Shown here: piece by piece, positions 9,273 to 19,660 of the stretch
Numbering within the stretch: the first letter of the stretch is position 1
Layout: every line of letters begins with the position of its first letter
Source of the DNA: an uncultured Acidobacteriota bacterium
Lineage (GTDB): Bacteria > Acidobacteriota > Thermoanaerobaculia > Multivoradales > UBA5704
NCBI GenBank assembly: GCA_963700145.1
Contig: OY969474.1
Location: 3,712,001 to 3,776,000, forward strand
Direction of reading: 5' to 3'
Length of the DNA stretch: 64,000 nucleotides
Translations under genes and position numbers: made by a program
Notes under the pieces: model-generated
Seen by the model: the letters and a program-made list of their open reading frames with translations, nothing else
Databases searched by the model: none
Told to the model about the DNA's origin: nothing

Positions 9273-9773
9273 ATGTCGCTGACGCCGCTCGACGTCCAGA
9301 AGGCCCGCTTTCCGCAGAAGGTGCGAGGCTACGACCCGCGCGAGGTCGAGGACTTCCTCGCCCTAGTGGCCGAGGAGCTTGCCACCCGGCTCTCGCAGGT
9401 GGACCGGCTGGAGCGGGAGAACCGCTACTTCCGCCAGCGCCTCGACGACGCCGACGAGCGCGAGCACCAGCTGCAGCAGACCCTGCTGCGGGCGCAGAAG
9501 GTCTCCGAGGAGATCACCGCCGCCGCCCGCCGCGAGGCCGAGCTGCTGGTCAAGGAGGCCGAGCTGACCGCCGACAAGGTGGTGCAGCAGGCGGTCGAGC
9601 AGACCACCCGCTTCGAGGGCAAGATCCAGGAGCTGCGCACCATGCGGCGCGAGCTGCAGCTCAAGTTCAAGAACAGCCTCGACCTCTTCCAGAGCATCCT
9701 CGACGACGAGATGGAGGACGAGCGTTCGACCGCCATCGTCCGCACGATGCCGCGGCGCAAGAAGGAGGCGTGA
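9273..9773 (+). CDS. divIVA: DivIVA domain protein
   Basis: MSLTPLDV..ARF..KVRGYDPREVEDFL followed by a coiled coil. Extended -10 TGCTAAGAT near 9225. Confidence 0.92.
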   Translation: MSLTPLDVQKARFPQKVRGYDPREVEDFLALVAEELATRLSQVDRLERENRYFRQRLDDADEREHQLQQTLLRAQKVSEEITAAARREAELLVKEAELTADKVVQQAVEQTTRFEGKIQELRTMRRELQLKFKNSLDLFQSILDDEMEDERSTAIVRTMPRRKKEA

Positions 9774-10057
9774 GCCCGCGCCCGCTGCCGGCCGGCGCCC
9801 GCCGGCTGTTCCCCCACTACGACGAAGCAGACCTGACGCCGGAGCGCGCGCCGGCGCTGCTCGTCGCCCGGCTGCTGGAAGACGGCGACACCGCCGATCT
9901 CGCCTGGTTGACGGCGGTCTTTCCGGAAGAGCGGCTTGCCGCCTGGGTCGCCGAGCGGGGTGGACGGCAGCTCTCGGCGCGCAGCCGGGCGTTCTGGGAA
10001 GTCGTGCTGGGTAAGGAAGCGTCCGCGCCGGTAGCATGCGACTTGTGGCCGCTCTGA
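9770..10057 (+). CDS. Small partner protein of an AbiEii-like nucleotidyltransferase (DUF6922-like)
   Basis: LF..YD....., RLLEDGD, LSARSRAFW pattern; overlaps the next gene. Confidence 0.65.
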   Translation: MSPRPLPAGARRLFPHYDEADLTPERAPALLVARLLEDGDTADLAWLTAVFPEERLAAWVAERGGRQLSARSRAFWEVVLGKEASAPVACDLWPL

Positions 10058-10719
10058 GCCCCTGCTATCTCGAATCGCTCGATCCAGCCGCCCGCGAGCT
10101 CCTGGCGCGCCTTGGCGGCCGGCCATGGACCGAGGACTTCTACCTCGCCGGCTCGGCGGCGCTGGCTCTCTACACCGGCCATCGCGCCGTCCGCGACCTC
10201 GACCTGATGAGCAACGCCAACCGCCTCACCCCACCCGAGCGCCGCGACCTGCTCGCCGACCTGCTCGAGATGGCGCCGGCGACCGAGGTCGAGACGGCGC
10301 GCGACGGCTACCTCTTCGCGCGCCTTGCCGAAACCGGGCTGCGATTCTTCTACTACCCGTACCCGCTCGTCGACCCATTCGCGGACCTGGACGGCGTGGC
10401 CGTCGTCTCCGCCGTAGACCTCGGCCTGATGAAGCTCGCCGCGATCATCAGCCGCGGCACCCGCCGCGACTTCGTCGACCTCTACCTCCTCTGCCGCACG
10501 CTCCCCTTGGCCGACCTCCTCGCCCGCGCCGAAGACAAGTTCGGCCACGTCCGCGACTTCCCCCTCCAGGCCCTCAAAGGCCTCGCCGACCTCTCCCAAG
10601 TCCAAGGCGAGCCCATGCCCACCCTCGTCGCCCCGCTCGCCTGGGAAGAGGTCGAAGCCTGGGCCCGGACCGAAGCCCGCACCCTCGGCCGCGCCCGCGC
10701 CGGGCTGCCCGTCGCATGA
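10036..10719 (+). CDS. Nucleotidyltransferase, AbiEii/type IV TA toxin family
   Basis: FYLAGSAALALYTGHR..RDLD and MKLAAIISRGTRRDFVDLY. Confidence 0.85.
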   Translation: MRLVAALSPCYLESLDPAARELLARLGGRPWTEDFYLAGSAALALYTGHRAVRDLDLMSNANRLTPPERRDLLADLLEMAPATEVETARDGYLFARLAETGLRFFYYPYPLVDPFADLDGVAVVSAVDLGLMKLAAIISRGTRRDFVDLYLLCRTLPLADLLARAEDKFGHVRDFPLQALKGLADLSQVQGEPMPTLVAPLAWEEVEAWARTEARTLGRARAGLPVA

Positions 10720-12020
10720 GCGCCGACCTCCTGATCGAGAACCTCGCCGAGGTGGCGACGCCGGAGGGGGCGGGGCCGCGGCGGGGGGTGGAGCAGGGGA
10801 GGGTGCGGCGGCTCCGAGGGGCGGAGGTGCTCTGCCGCGACGGGTGGATCGCCTTCCTCGGGGCGCGCGAGGAGCGCGAGCGGGTCTACGGGCCGCTGCC
10901 CGAGGCCGAGCGGCTGGACGGCCGCGGCGGCACGCTCGTCCCGGGCTTCGTCGATCCCCACACCCACCTCCCCTGGGCCGGCAGCCGCGAGGAGGAGTTC
11001 GCGCAGCGGCTGGCCGGCAAGACCTACCAGGAGATCGCCGCCGCCGGCGGCGGCATCCTCTCGACTGTCGCCGCCACCCGCCGGGCGAGCGAGGAGGAGC
11101 TTGCGGCCGGCGCCCGGCGCCGCCTCGACCGCATGCTCGTCCACGGCACCACGACCGCCGAGGCGAAGAGCGGCTACGGCCTGTCGCGCGAGGACGAGCT
11201 CAAGCAGCTCCGCGCCCTGCGCCGCGCCGCCGCGGCGCACCCGGTGGAGGTCCTGCCCACCCTCCTCGCCGCGCACGAGGTGCCGCCCGAGCACCGCAAC
11301 CCTGGCGGCCGCGCCCGCTACCTCGACCTCATCTGCGAGGAGATCGTGCCCGCCGCGGCGGCCGAAGGCCTCGCCCGCTTCTGCGACGTCTTCTGCGAGC
11401 GCGGCATCTTCTCGCCGCAAGAGTCGCGGCGGGTGCTCGAGGCCGGCGTCCGCCACGGGCTCGCGCCCCGCCTCCACGCCGACGAGTTCGAGGACTCCGG
11501 CGGCGCCCTGCTCGCCGCCGAGCTCAAGGCCCTCTCGGCCGACCACTTGATCGCCGTCTCGCCGCGCGGTGTTGAGGCCCTGGCCGCCGCCGGCGTCACC
11601 GCCGTGCTCCTGCCGGGCACCAGCTTCTTCCTCATGAAGCACCGCTGGGCGCCGGCGCGGCGCCTGCTCGAGGCCGGAGTCCCGGTCGCCCTCGCCACCG
11701 ACTGCAACCCCGGCTCCTCGCACACCGAGTCGATGCCGATGGTCGTGACCCTCGCCGTCTTCGAGCTGGGGCTCAGCGTCGAGGAGGCGCTCACCGCGGC
11801 GACCTTGAACGCCGCCTGCGCGCTCGGCCTGGGCGCCGAGATCGGCTCGATCGAGCCGGGCAAACGCGCCGACCTTCTCCTGCTCGACGCCCCCAACCTC
11901 CTCCACCTCGCCTACCACTTCGGGGTCAACCCGGTGGCGGCCGTCGTCAAGGGGGGGCGGGTGGTGCACCTAGGCGCGAAGGCTTTCGCGCCGGGCTCCA
12001 ATCAAGAGCCAGGAGCGTAG
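10716..12020 (+). CDS. hutI: Imidazolonepropionase
   Basis: [43 protein letters not shown]. Confidence 0.96.
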   Translation: MSADLLIENLAEVATPEGAGPRRGVEQGRVRRLRGAEVLCRDGWIAFLGAREERERVYGPLPEAERLDGRGGTLVPGFVDPHTHLPWAGSREEEFAQRLAGKTYQEIAAAGGGILSTVAATRRASEEELAAGARRRLDRMLVHGTTTAEAKSGYGLSREDELKQLRALRRAAAAHPVEVLPTLLAAHEVPPEHRNPGGRARYLDLICEEIVPAAAAEGLARFCDVFCERGIFSPQESRRVLEAGVRHGLAPRLHADEFEDSGGALLAAELKALSADHLIAVSPRGVEALAAAGVTAVLLPGTSFFLMKHRWAPARRLLEAGVPVALATDCNPGSSHTESMPMVVTLAVFELGLSVEEALTAATLNAACALGLGAEIGSIEPGKRADLLLLDAPNLLHLAYHFGVNPVAAVVKGGRVVHLGAKAFAPGSNQEPGA

Positions 12021-12106
12021 TCCGGCGCGCGCCCAGCGCGGCGGGCTCCTGGCGTAGAATCCCGCCCCTCACCGCCCCACGCGACCTCCGCGGAGAAGGA
12101 GCCGCC

Positions 12107-12586
12107 ATGATCCGCCAGACCGCCTGCGCGTTCGCCTGCGCTCTCCTGTTGGCAGCCGCCGGCAACGCCCAGGGCACGACCGGGAAGGAGGAGAAGCCCG
12201 TGCCGACGCAAGAGCAGGCCAAGGAGCCGCCGAAAGAGGTGACCCTCCCCTCGGGGCTGCGCTACACCGACCTCGCGCCGGGAGAGGGAGAGGCGGCGAA
12301 GGCCGGGGACGTCGTCGAGGTCCACTACACCGGCTGGCTCACCGACGGCAAGAAGTTCGACTCCAGCCGCGACCGCAACGAGCCGTTCCGCTTCCGCCTC
12401 GGCGCGGGGATGGTGATCAAGGGGTGGGACGAGGGGGTGGCGGGGATGAAGCGCGGCGGCAAGCGGCGCCTCAACATCCCCTCGGCGCTCGGCTACGGCA
12501 AGCGCGGCGCCGGCGACGTCATCCCGCCCGACGCCGACCTGGTCTTCGAGGTCGAGCTGCTGGGGATCGGCGGCGCGCAGAGGTAA
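12107..12586 (+). CDS. Secreted FKBP-type peptidyl-prolyl isomerase
   Basis: Signal peptide; [36 protein letters not shown]. Confidence 0.96.
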   Translation: MIRQTACAFACALLLAAAGNAQGTTGKEEKPVPTQEQAKEPPKEVTLPSGLRYTDLAPGEGEAAKAGDVVEVHYTGWLTDGKKFDSSRDRNEPFRFRLGAGMVIKGWDEGVAGMKRGGKRRLNIPSALGYGKRGAGDVIPPDADLVFEVELLGIGGAQR

Positions 12587-12619
12587 GCGGGCAAGAACGC
12601 CCGGCACCTCGGCCGGGCG

Positions 12620-15600
12620 CTACTCCAGCACCAGCTCCGCGGTCTGCCCCGGGACGAGGGTCACCGTCCCGCTCCAGACGCGTCCGTCCGGCGCCCGCGC
12701 CTCGATCGTCCACGCCCCGGCCGGCAGCCCGTCCAACCGCGACCGCCCCGCCGCCATGTTCCAGTCGCTCTGCACCGCTCCGCCCCAGCCGGGCTGGCGG
12801 AAGGGCGCGCCGTCGGCGCCGCGCGCGGTGACCTTCGCCATCACCGGCTCGCCGGCCAGCGCCGGCACCCGCAGGTCGAGCGCGGCCCCGGGCGCCAGCG
12901 CCAGCCGCACCGGCGGCCCCGGCACCACCGCGGCGGCGCGGCCGACCGCCAGCCCTTCGGCCGACACCAGCACCTCGAAGCTGCCGGCGGGCACCGTGGG
13001 AAGGCGCACCCGCCCCTCGGCGCCGGTCTCGTGCCAGCCGCTGGCGACCGTACGGCCGGCGCCGTCGACGACCGCGAGCATGACGTCCGACGGCGCGCCG
13101 CCGGTCTGACGCACGACCTCGAGGACGAGGCCGGCGGTCGGCTCGAGCGCCACCTCCACCTCCTCGACGTCCACCCCCTCGCGCACCGTCAGCTCGCGGT
13201 TGCCCGCGGCGTAGCCTTCGCGCTCGACGCGCAGCCGCCAACGCCCGGCCGCGACCTCGTGGAGGCGGAAGCGGCCCTGCGCGTCGGTCGTCACGCCGCT
13301 GAGCTCCAGCCCCCAGATCCGCTCTTCCCCCTCCGGCGGCTCCAGCCGCACCGCCGCGCCGGCGATCGGCGCGCGGTCGGAGGAGTCCACCACCCGCCCC
13401 GCGACCGCGGCCACCGCCAGCTCGAGCACCACCTCGCGGTCGGCCTCGAGCGCCAGCTTCTCGCGCAGGATGGCGCTGCCGGACTGGACCGAGACGTCGT
13501 AGCTGCCGGCGTCGAGACCGCCGATGCGGAAGAGACCGTCGCGGTCGGTCTCCGCCGAGCCGCGATCGGCGACGTCCGACCCTTGCGCCGAGACGTAGGC
13601 GCCGGAGACCGGCGCGCCGCCGCGCAACACCCGTCCCGAGAGGGTCAAGCCGGTGGCGAAGTCGAGGTCCAGGGTCGCCTCGGAGGCGCCGGGGGTCAGC
13701 GTCACGCGCCCCTCGGCGCGGCGGCCGGTGCCCGGGACCTCCGCCCACACGCGCCATTCCCCCGGCGCGACGGCCGCGATGCGATACCGCCCCTCGTAGT
13801 CGACGCGGGTCGACTTGTAGTCCATCGCCTGCGCCCGGTGGGCGCCGACCTCGACGCGCGCCAGCGCGTCGGGCTCCAGGCCGAGCACGCGGCCGACGAT
13901 CGCGCCGCCCGCCTGGAGGCGCACCTCGAGCCCACCGACGGGCGCGCCGGCGACGCGCAGCGGCTCCGACTCGGCCGTGGCGTGGCCCTGCTTGCTCGCC
14001 CGCACGCGGTACTCCCCGTCCTCCACCCCCTCGAAACGGAAGCTGCCGTCGCCGGCGGTCGTCGCCTGGCGGCGGGTCCAGCCGCGGTCGCCGGCGAGGA
14101 GCATCACCTCCGCCCCGGCGACCGGCGCTCCTTCGGCGTCGACCACCCGCCCCGCCACCTCCGCCCCGCCGGTCAGCCGGATGTCGAGGCGGTTCTCCCC
14201 GGCACGGACGTCGAGCTCGCCGACGCCGCGGCGCCCCTGGTCGTCCTCGGCGGAGATCGAGCGCGGGCCGGTGGGGAGGCCGTCGAGCACGTACCAGCCG
14301 TCGCCGTCGGCCGTGGCATTGGCGGAGATGCGGAAGCTACGCACGCTGCGCTCCTCGACCGGCTCCACGAACGCGCCGGCGACCGGGCGGCCCTCGCCGT
14401 CCACGACCCGCCCTTCGACCGCCGCCCCCGGCGCCAGCACCAGCTCCAAGTCGGCGACGTCTTTGCCCGCCACCGCCTGCACGCCCGTGAGCTCCGCCGC
14501 CTGGCGTCCCACGGCACGGGCGGAGACGCGCAGCGTCCCGGGATCGACGTCGGTGAAGAGGAAGCGCCCCTCGTCGTCGCTCGTGGCGCGGCCGGCGAAG
14601 CTCGAGCCGGAGTAGCCGCCGCGCTGCCGCTCGGCCATAAGGAAGACCTCGGCGCCGGCGACCGGCTTGGCGTCGGGATCGACCACCCGGCCGGAGACGC
14701 GCACCGCGTGCTGCAGCGTCACCGTGACCGGCTCGGCCGGCGGTACCACGCCGGGGACCTCCGCGCCGCCGTAGCCGCGGCGCACGACCTGGAGGTCCAC
14801 CGCCTGGCCCGGCGCCAGGTCGGCCACCCGGAACCAGCCGTCGAGGCTGCTGCGCGCTGCGGGCTCTTCTTCCCGGCGGAAGAGGCCTCGAAAAGGGCTC
14901 CTCGCGCCGGCGGCCGTCACCCACACCTCCGCCTCGGCGATCGGCTGGCCGCGCGCGTCGATCACCCGCCCCTCGAGCGCCGTGCCCGGGCGCAGGATGA
15001 CCGTTCCCAGAGCCTGCTCCCCTTCGCCGCCGGCGACCTCGATCCCGGGCACCTCGCGCGGCGCGAAGCCGGCGGCCTCGGCGGTCAGGTCGTAGCGGCC
15101 GGCCGGGAGCCCGGGGACCTCGAAGCGGCCGCGCGCATCGGTCGCGGCTGTGAAGCGCGGCGGCTCGGGGTCTCCCGGGAAGCGCATCCGGCGCTCGCCG
15201 CGCGCCGGCGCCGACTCCAGGGTGACGGCGGCGCCAGCGACCGGGCGCTCGCTCTGGTCCACCACCAGCCCGGCGCCGCGGCGGCCGCGGTCGAGGGCCA
15301 GCTCGAGCGGCGGCGGCACGGCGCCCGCCTCGACCGGCGCTGCCTCGGCGGTCTTCGGCGCGTAGCCGCTGCGGGTGAGGTGGAGCTCGTAGCCGGTGCC
15401 CGCGGCGAGGCCGCGCAGCGTGAAACGGCCGTCGGCGCCGGTGCGCGCCACCGCGCTCGGGGGGTCGGACCAGCGCATCGTGAACGTCCCTTCGGGCGAG
15501 GGCGCGGCGTGCACCTCGACCCCGGCGAGCGGCGTCTTCGCGGCGGCGTCCACCACGCGCCCGCGCAGGCGCACCGCGGGCCGCAGCGCGAAGGTCGGCC

Positions 15601-16759
15601 CGCGCTCCTCGCCAGCGCCGCTCGGCGCCTCTTCCCAGGCCGGCAAGTAGCTCGGGGCGGCGGCGCCCAGCCCGCGCCAGGTGCTCGCGGTCGCCACCAC
15701 GCGGTAGCTGCCGGTGCGGTCGGTGCGCGCGGCGCCGTCGGGGTCCTCTCCGATCCAGACCAGCGCTCCGGCCAGCGGCTCGCGCCGGTCGGCGTCCAGC
15801 ACGCGGCCGGAGCGGGGGCCGGCGTCGGCGAGAGTGAGGAGCGCGGCCGGACGCCCGGCGGCCGCGGCGGCGGACGCCGTCCGGTCAACCGCCTCAGGCG
15901 GGCGGAGGCGCGCCGAGGCTTGGCGCCCGCCGGCGGCCAGGGCGTGCACCTCCTCGCCCGCGGCGCCGGGCGGCGCGACGACAAGCTTGCCGTTGCCGCC
16001 GGTCGTGCCGAGCGGCCAGCGCCCCTTGCCGCCGACCACGAGCGCGCCCCCGACCGGCCGGCCGGCGGCGTCGCGCACCTCGATGGGCACCGGCGGTCCC
16101 GCGGCGGCGAGGGCGAGGGTGGCGCTCTTGCGCGCCGCGGCAACCTCCAGCTCGGCCTCGTGGAAGCCGGGCGCGAACGCGCGCACGGTGAGGCGCTCCG
16201 CCGCGCCGCGCGGCACCGCGACCGGCCCCGGCGCGGTCTGGCGGAGGAGCCGCAGCGGCGGCCGCCAGGCCTCGTCGCCGCGGTAGCGCGGGAAGTTGCT
16301 CGGTTGCACCGCCACCCAGGCCCCGGCGACCGGCTTGCCGTCGGGTCCGACCACCGCGACCGCGAGCGGCCGCTCGCGCGCCAGCTCCACCGCCTCGAGC
16401 TCGCGCTCCTCGACCAGCGGCAAGAGGTCCAGCTCCTGCGCCAGGTGCCCGGCGGCCTCGGCGCGCAGCGTCCAGAAGCCGGCCTCGCGCGCGGCGAGCG
16501 TGAAGGTGCCGTCGGCGGCGGTCGCCGTGGAGACGAGCGCCTTCGGATCGGCCTCGGCGGCCGCGGCCAGCAGCCGCTCGCCCCGCGCGCGCTCCCCCTC
16601 GTAGGGGAAGAGCGCCACCTTGGCGCCGGCGAGCGGCGCACCGCCCGAGCCGAGCACCCGCCCGTGCACCGCCAGGCCGGACGCGGGCTCCGCGGCGGGC
16701 GCGGCCGCGGCGATCAGGAAGAGACCGGCAAAGAGCGGAGCGAGGCGGCGACGACGCAC
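12620..16759 (-). CDS. Large secreted protein with tandem carboxypeptidase-regulatory-like beta-sandwich repeats
   Basis: Signal peptide; about 12 repeats of GRV(V/L)D..G.P(V/L)AGA.V...T..DG.F. Confidence 0.88.
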   Translation of the reverse strand: MRRRRLAPLFAGLFLIAAAAPAAEPASGLAVHGRVLGSGGAPLAGAKVALFPYEGERARGERLLAAAAEADPKALVSTATAADGTFTLAAREAGFWTLRAEAAGHLAQELDLLPLVEERELEAVELARERPLAVAVVGPDGKPVAGAWVAVQPSNFPRYRGDEAWRPPLRLLRQTAPGPVAVPRGAAERLTVRAFAPGFHEAELEVAAARKSATLALAAAGPPVPIEVRDAAGRPVGGALVVGGKGRWPLGTTGGNGKLVVAPPGAAGEEVHALAAGGRQASARLRPPEAVDRTASAAAAAGRPAALLTLADAGPRSGRVLDADRREPLAGALVWIGEDPDGAARTDRTGSYRVVATASTWRGLGAAAPSYLPAWEEAPSGAGEERGPTFALRPAVRLRGRVVDAAAKTPLAGVEVHAAPSPEGTFTMRWSDPPSAVARTGADGRFTLRGLAAGTGYELHLTRSGYAPKTAEAAPVEAGAVPPPLELALDRGRRGAGLVVDQSERPVAGAAVTLESAPARGERRMRFPGDPEPPRFTAATDARGRFEVPGLPAGRYDLTAEAAGFAPREVPGIEVAGGEGEQALGTVILRPGTALEGRVIDARGQPIAEAEVWVTAAGARSPFRGLFRREEEPAARSSLDGWFRVADLAPGQAVDLQVVRRGYGGAEVPGVVPPAEPVTVTLQHAVRVSGRVVDPDAKPVAGAEVFLMAERQRGGYSGSSFAGRATSDDEGRFLFTDVDPGTLRVSARAVGRQAAELTGVQAVAGKDVADLELVLAPGAAVEGRVVDGEGRPVAGAFVEPVEERSVRSFRISANATADGDGWYVLDGLPTGPRSISAEDDQGRRGVGELDVRAGENRLDIRLTGGAEVAGRVVDAEGAPVAGAEVMLLAGDRGWTRRQATTAGDGSFRFEGVEDGEYRVRASKQGHATAESEPLRVAGAPVGGLEVRLQAGGAIVGRVLGLEPDALARVEVGAHRAQAMDYKSTRVDYEGRYRIAAVAPGEWRVWAEVPGTGRRAEGRVTLTPGASEATLDLDFATGLTLSGRVLRGGAPVSGAYVSAQGSDVADRGSAETDRDGLFRIGGLDAGSYDVSVQSGSAILREKLALEADREVVLELAVAAVAGRVVDSSDRAPIAGAAVRLEPPEGEERIWGLELSGVTTDAQGRFRLHEVAAGRWRLRVEREGYAAGNRELTVREGVDVEEVEVALEPTAGLVLEVVRQTGGAPSDVMLAVVDGAGRTVASGWHETGAEGRVRLPTVPAGSFEVLVSAEGLAVGRAAAVVPGPPVRLALAPGAALDLRVPALAGEPVMAKVTARGADGAPFRQPGWGGAVQSDWNMAAGRSRLDGLPAGAWTIEARAPDGRVWSGTVTLVPGQTAELVLE

Positions 16760-16793
16760 GACAGTAAGTCCTCCGACTGCGGATCGTGGGCGC

Positions 16794-18512
16794 TTATCGC
16801 GCGGCGCCCGCCGCCTCCGCGTAGGCGTAGACCGGCCGCACGTCGACCGGCACGTCGCCGAGTCGGCCGATCGCCGCCAGCAGCTCCGGCGTCGCCTTGC
16901 CGTAGCGCTCGAGGAAGCGCTGCGAGCCGGCGTAGTCGCCGGTCGCCTGGAGCAGCAGCATGTCGCGCAGCAGGTCGCGCACCGCCGCCGGGAACTTCTC
17001 CGAGACGGCGCGGTAGCGCCCCTGGCCGTCCACCGTCAGCGCGCCCTTCTCCTGCAGGTAGTTGAACTGCGCCGTCACCCCCTGGCCGTGCGCCTCGCCG
17101 ACGCCGAAGCGGGCGGAGCGGAAGAGGCCGGCGACGTAGGTGGGCTCGAGCGCGCGGCGGAGGGCGGCGGGCATCTCGCCCTCCTCGATCAGGGCGAGGA
17201 TGTTGTAGACGCCCATGACGTCGGCCTTCGCCTCCTCGAGGGTGTCGTAGAGGTCCTTGAGCTCGTGCCGCACCTCGGTCCTGCGGCCGCCGACGGTGAT
17301 CGTCCCCGGCCCCAGGCCGTGCGACAGCTCGTGGTGGAGGACCTCGTTGAAGTAGGCGTCCCAGGTGACGTCGCCGACCTGCTCGGGGGCGAGCACGCGC
17401 TCGGCGATGGGTAGCAGGATGCGGTCGTACTTGGCGCGCATGATGTTGCGCAGCAGCACCTTCTTCGAGCCCTTGGCCTCGCGCACCCGCTCGTCGTTGG
17501 GCAGGTTGAAGGCGATCGTCTGCACGCCGGCGCGGGTGTCGCCGGCGGTGAAGACCTCGTCGACGACGCGGATCGGGCTCTCGCTGCCGCGCGTCCGGTT
17601 CTTGTGCTCCTCCGGGAGCGGCAGGTTCCCTTCGAGCCAGGGGAGACGCTCCTTGTAGCGGGTCAGCGCCGCCGACTCGGCCGGCAGCGCCACCGTCACG
17701 AACGACTCGTAGGCCGCCTTGTAGCCGAAGAGCGAGTCCTCGTAGGTCTCGTACGGGCCGATCGTCACCTCGACCGGGGCGTCGAGGTCCATCCAGGCCA
17801 TGTCGGAGGCGTAGTAGTCGTCGCTCGCGAAGGCGTCGGCGCGCAGGGTGAGGAAGCGCTTCAGCGAAGCGTTGTCGGTCGCCTCGGCGGCCTGGCGGAG
17901 GAGCCGGGCGGCCGGCTCCAGCCAGGCGGCGTACTCGCGCGCGTAGGGGACGGCCACCAGCCGGTCCCCCTCGCGACGGATCACCGTGGTCGTCGAGATG
18001 AACGCCTCCCGATCGTCGGGGTGCTGCGCCACCCAGCGCTCGAATTCCTCTTTCGTCATGTCTACGGGGTAGTAGCCCGCACCGTCGGGGTGGGGCGTGC
18101 TGCCGATGAAGGGCTCCATCTCCGCCAGCCGGTCCCAGGGGCCGAAGTTGATGGCAAAGTACTGCCGCGCCGCCTGGATGCGCGGCCCCCGGGCGGCCTC
18201 GAGCCGCTGCCGCAGCTCGGGGTTCCCGGCCCAGACCTGGCGCAGGAAGATCTCGTCCATCGCGCGCGACGCCTCGACCAGCAGGTCGAGCACCCGGCGG
18301 TCCGCCGGCGAGAGGGCGGAGAGGTCGGCCTCCAGGCGCACCGTGGTGAGCTTGGCGAGGCGCTGCTCGACGTCGGGGGCGATCTCCATGCCGGGGGTCT
18401 CCTGCTCCGTGGTCGCGGCCGCCGCCGGCTCCTCGACCGTCTCGCCGCCCGGGCGGCAGGCCGCGGCCGTCGCCGCGAGGATCACCGCCAGGGCCAGGGT
18501 CTTCGTGCGCAT
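16794..18512 (-). CDS. Peptidase M49 (dipeptidyl-peptidase III-like) lipoprotein
   Basis: Lipobox AAAC; IGPYETYED, AFNLPND, HELSHGLG, EEAKAD. Confidence 0.9.
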   Translation of the reverse strand: MRTKTLALAVILAATAAACRPGGETVEEPAAAATTEQETPGMEIAPDVEQRLAKLTTVRLEADLSALSPADRRVLDLLVEASRAMDEIFLRQVWAGNPELRQRLEAARGPRIQAARQYFAINFGPWDRLAEMEPFIGSTPHPDGAGYYPVDMTKEEFERWVAQHPDDREAFISTTTVIRREGDRLVAVPYAREYAAWLEPAARLLRQAAEATDNASLKRFLTLRADAFASDDYYASDMAWMDLDAPVEVTIGPYETYEDSLFGYKAAYESFVTVALPAESAALTRYKERLPWLEGNLPLPEEHKNRTRGSESPIRVVDEVFTAGDTRAGVQTIAFNLPNDERVREAKGSKKVLLRNIMRAKYDRILLPIAERVLAPEQVGDVTWDAYFNEVLHHELSHGLGPGTITVGGRRTEVRHELKDLYDTLEEAKADVMGVYNILALIEEGEMPAALRRALEPTYVAGLFRSARFGVGEAHGQGVTAQFNYLQEKGALTVDGQGRYRAVSEKFPAAVRDLLRDMLLLQATGDYAGSQRFLERYGKATPELLAAIGRLGDVPVDVRPVYAYAEAAGAAR

Positions 18513-18545
18513 CCGTGCCTCCGCGTGTAGGGCGCCGCTGCGGCG

Positions 18546-19202
18546 CTACGGCATGCTATCCCGCAGCGTGGCGCGGGCGGCCAGCTCGAGGTAGCGCTCG
18601 CCGGCCACCATGTAGGCCCGTTTCGGCTCGACGACGAAGACGACCTTGACCTCCGGCTCGTCGTCGATCAGGCCGGCGAGCGCCGGCGCCAGCTCCGGCC
18701 GCGGGTAGACCCAGCTCTCGACGACGATCCGCCGGGTGTCGCGCACCGGCCGGTCCCCCTCGCGGCCGCGCTCCCAGGCCGGCACCTCCTGCTGCTCGTA
18801 GCGCAGCACCGGCGGCGGCCCGAGCAGGATGAGGGCGCGGCCGCGGTCGGTCATGCAGCCGCGCGTCCCGGCCTCGGGGTAGAGGTGGTCGGCGGCCTCC
18901 ACCCGCTCCTGGAACTGCTCGGCGAAGGGATTGGCGCGGTCGTCGGGGGTGGGGTCGCGGCGCTTCCAGAACTCCTCGAGGAAGGAGATGGCCTCGCGCC
19001 CGCTGCGCAGCTTGCGCAGCCGCCGCGCCTCGTCGGGGGTCAAGAGCCAGCGCACCGGGCCGTCCATCCAGCTCGCCACCCCGGCGTTCTCCGGCCGCCG
19101 CTCCGGCGGCTGCACGCTCCCCGCCGGCGCCGCCCACAGCGCGGCCAGCAGCGGCAGCGCCAGCCTCGAGTTGCAACGGCGCGCGTGGGGCGAGAGGGTC
19201 AC
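18546..19202 (-). CDS. GWxTD domain protein
   Basis: FWKRRDPTP...N.F, R...AD, G(C)MTDRGR..ILLGPP, ESWVY. Confidence 0.82.
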   Translation of the reverse strand: MTLSPHARRCNSRLALPLLAALWAAPAGSVQPPERRPENAGVASWMDGPVRWLLTPDEARRLRKLRSGREAISFLEEFWKRRDPTPDDRANPFAEQFQERVEAADHLYPEAGTRGCMTDRGRALILLGPPPVLRYEQQEVPAWERGREGDRPVRDTRRIVVESWVYPRPELAPALAGLIDDEPEVKVVFVVEPKRAYMVAGERYLELAARATLRDSMP

Positions 19203-19214
19203 GGCCGGCCGGCT

Positions 19215-19499
19215 CTAGTGCACGTTCCCGTCTCCGGCCGGCTCCGGCGCCTCGGGGATCTCCCCGAAGGCCTCCTCGTAGCGCTCGAGGTTGACCGCCA
19301 GCGCGCGCAGGATGCGCTTGAGGTGCCCCGGGCTGGTGACGATGCGCGCGGTGACGATCCCCTGCGGCGGCACCAGGTTGATGAAGTCGAGGATGAACTC
19401 CTCGCGCGTGTGGGTGATGCGCAGCAGGTTCGAGTAGCGGCCCTTCAGGTCCTCGTCGGCGATCTTGACGTTGAGCCCGACCTCCGGTCCTTCGGCCAT
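19215..19499 (-). CDS. DUF3467 family protein
   Basis: GRYSN..I.HTREEFILDF, ARIVTSPGHLKR, YE..FGEI. Confidence 0.88.
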   Translation of the reverse strand: MAEGPEVGLNVKIADEDLKGRYSNLLRITHTREEFILDFINLVPPQGIVTARIVTSPGHLKRILRALAVNLERYEEAFGEIPEAPEPAGDGNVH

Positions 19500-19557
19500 C
19501 CTTGGACCTCCTTCCGCCTTGTCTGCCGGGAAGGAGGATCGTACCAGGAGGGGGGAT

Positions 19558-19645
19558 TGGCGGAGGGGGTGGGATTCGAACCCACGGACCCTTGCGGGCC
19601 GGCGGTTTTCAAGACCGCTGCTTTCGACCGCTCAGCCACCCCTCC
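19558..19645 (-). tRNA. tRNA-Ser(TGA)
   Basis: Reverse complement GGAGGGGTGGCTGAGCGGTCGAAAGC...CT-TGA-AA..., long variable arm, GGTTCGAATCC, ends GCCA. Confidence 0.97.
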
Positions 19646-19660
19646 GGGGACGGGAACAGC

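Noticed and set aside
13031-17065. 1344-aa plus-strand ORF and many other long Arg/Pro/Ala-rich ORFs (e.g. 702-3071, 60220-63147)
   Set aside because: Shadow frames of real genes in high-GC DNA, with no domain motifs.
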